A stretch of DNA of 64,000 nucleotides. Source: Macrostomum lignano (taxonomy: Eukaryota). Position numbers and translations under genes: made by a program. Below are positions 63,290 through 64,000 of this stretch, one piece after another; position 1 is the first letter of the stretch, and every line of letters starts with the position of its first letter. The stretch lies in NCBI GenBank assembly GCA_002269645.1, contig NIVC01001476.1, forward strand, positions 62,001 to 126,000, read 5' to 3'. Under the pieces are notes generated by a model, which searched no databases, had not been told where the DNA came from, and worked only from the letters and a program-made list of their open reading frames with translations.

Positions 63290-64000
63290 GAGAGGAGAGA
63301 GGATGAGAAAGAAGAGAGAAAATTGTGGAGAGGAGAGATAACCGAGTAGAGGAGGGGAGAGAGAGAGAAGAGAGAAGAGAGGAGAGAGAGAAGGGAGAGA
63401 CGAGAATAGAGGAGAAAGTAGAAAGGAGAGAAGAGAGAAGGGGAGAGAGAGAAGAGAAGAAAGAAGAGGAGAGAGGAGAGGAGAGGAGAGGAGAGAAAAG
63501 AGAAGAGAGGAGAGAAGAGAGGAGAGGAGAGAGGAGAGGAGAGAGGAGAGGAGAGAGGAGAGGAGAGAGGAGAGAAGAGAGGAGAGGAGAGAGGAGAGGA
63601 GAGAGGAGAGGAGAGAGGAGAGGAGAGAGGAGAGAAGAGAGGAGAGAGAGAGGAGAGGAGAGAGAAGAGGAGAGAGGAGAGAGGAGAGGAGAGAGGAGAG
63701 GAGAGAGGAGAGGAGAGAGGAGAGGAGAGAGGAGAGGAGAGAGAGATAAGAGAAGAGAGGAGAGGAGAGAGGAGAGGAGAGAGGAGAGGAGAGAGGAGAG
63801 GAGAGAGGAGAGGAGAGAGGAGATAAGAGAAGAGAGGAGAGGAGAGAGGAGAGGAGAGAGGAGAGGAGAGAGGAGAGGAGAGAGGAGATAAGAGAAGAGA
63901 GGAGAGGAGAGAGGAGAGAGGAGAGGAGAGGAGAGAGGAGAGGAGAGAGGAGAGAGGAGAGGAGAGGAGAGAGGAGAGGAGAGGAGAGAGGAGAGGAGAG
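63290..64000. repeat. GA-rich microsatellite ((GAGAG)n-type), probably inside a hAT MITE
   Basis: Pure purine tract running to the window end, preceded by CAAGGGCCAGATTT as in the other GA-tract MITEs. Confidence 0.9.

Overview
Eukaryotic (invertebrate animal) genomic DNA. GC-rich, intron-poor genes sit in AT-rich spacers packed with minisatellites, SINEs and MITEs. The overall style resembles a free-living flatworm such as Macrostomum (inference only). Genes I can support: BCKDHA, two tandem PCNA copies, cyclophilin H (PPIH), a large TDRD12/BoYb-like Tudor-helicase-CS gene, PREB/SEC12, an unidentified ARM/HEAT-like gene, tRNA-Tyr(GTA) with intron, OXNAD1-like reductase, an orphan class A GPCR, and the 5' part of an NWD1/2-like NACHT gene. 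The most interesting region is 31.0-34.1 kb. It holds an apparently intact, intron-containing Crypton-type (DUF3504-like) tyrosine recombinase flanked by candidate recombination sites ending in GTCTATGG. It lies inside a mariner-type long-TIR shell together with two further palindromic elements. The same GTCTATGG/CCATAGAC motif is strongly over-represented across the window, including once per unit in a 50-bp tandem array. There is no CRISPR array or rRNA. Most long ORFs after 46 kb are artefacts of tandem repeats. All coordinates, counts and alignments were done by eye.
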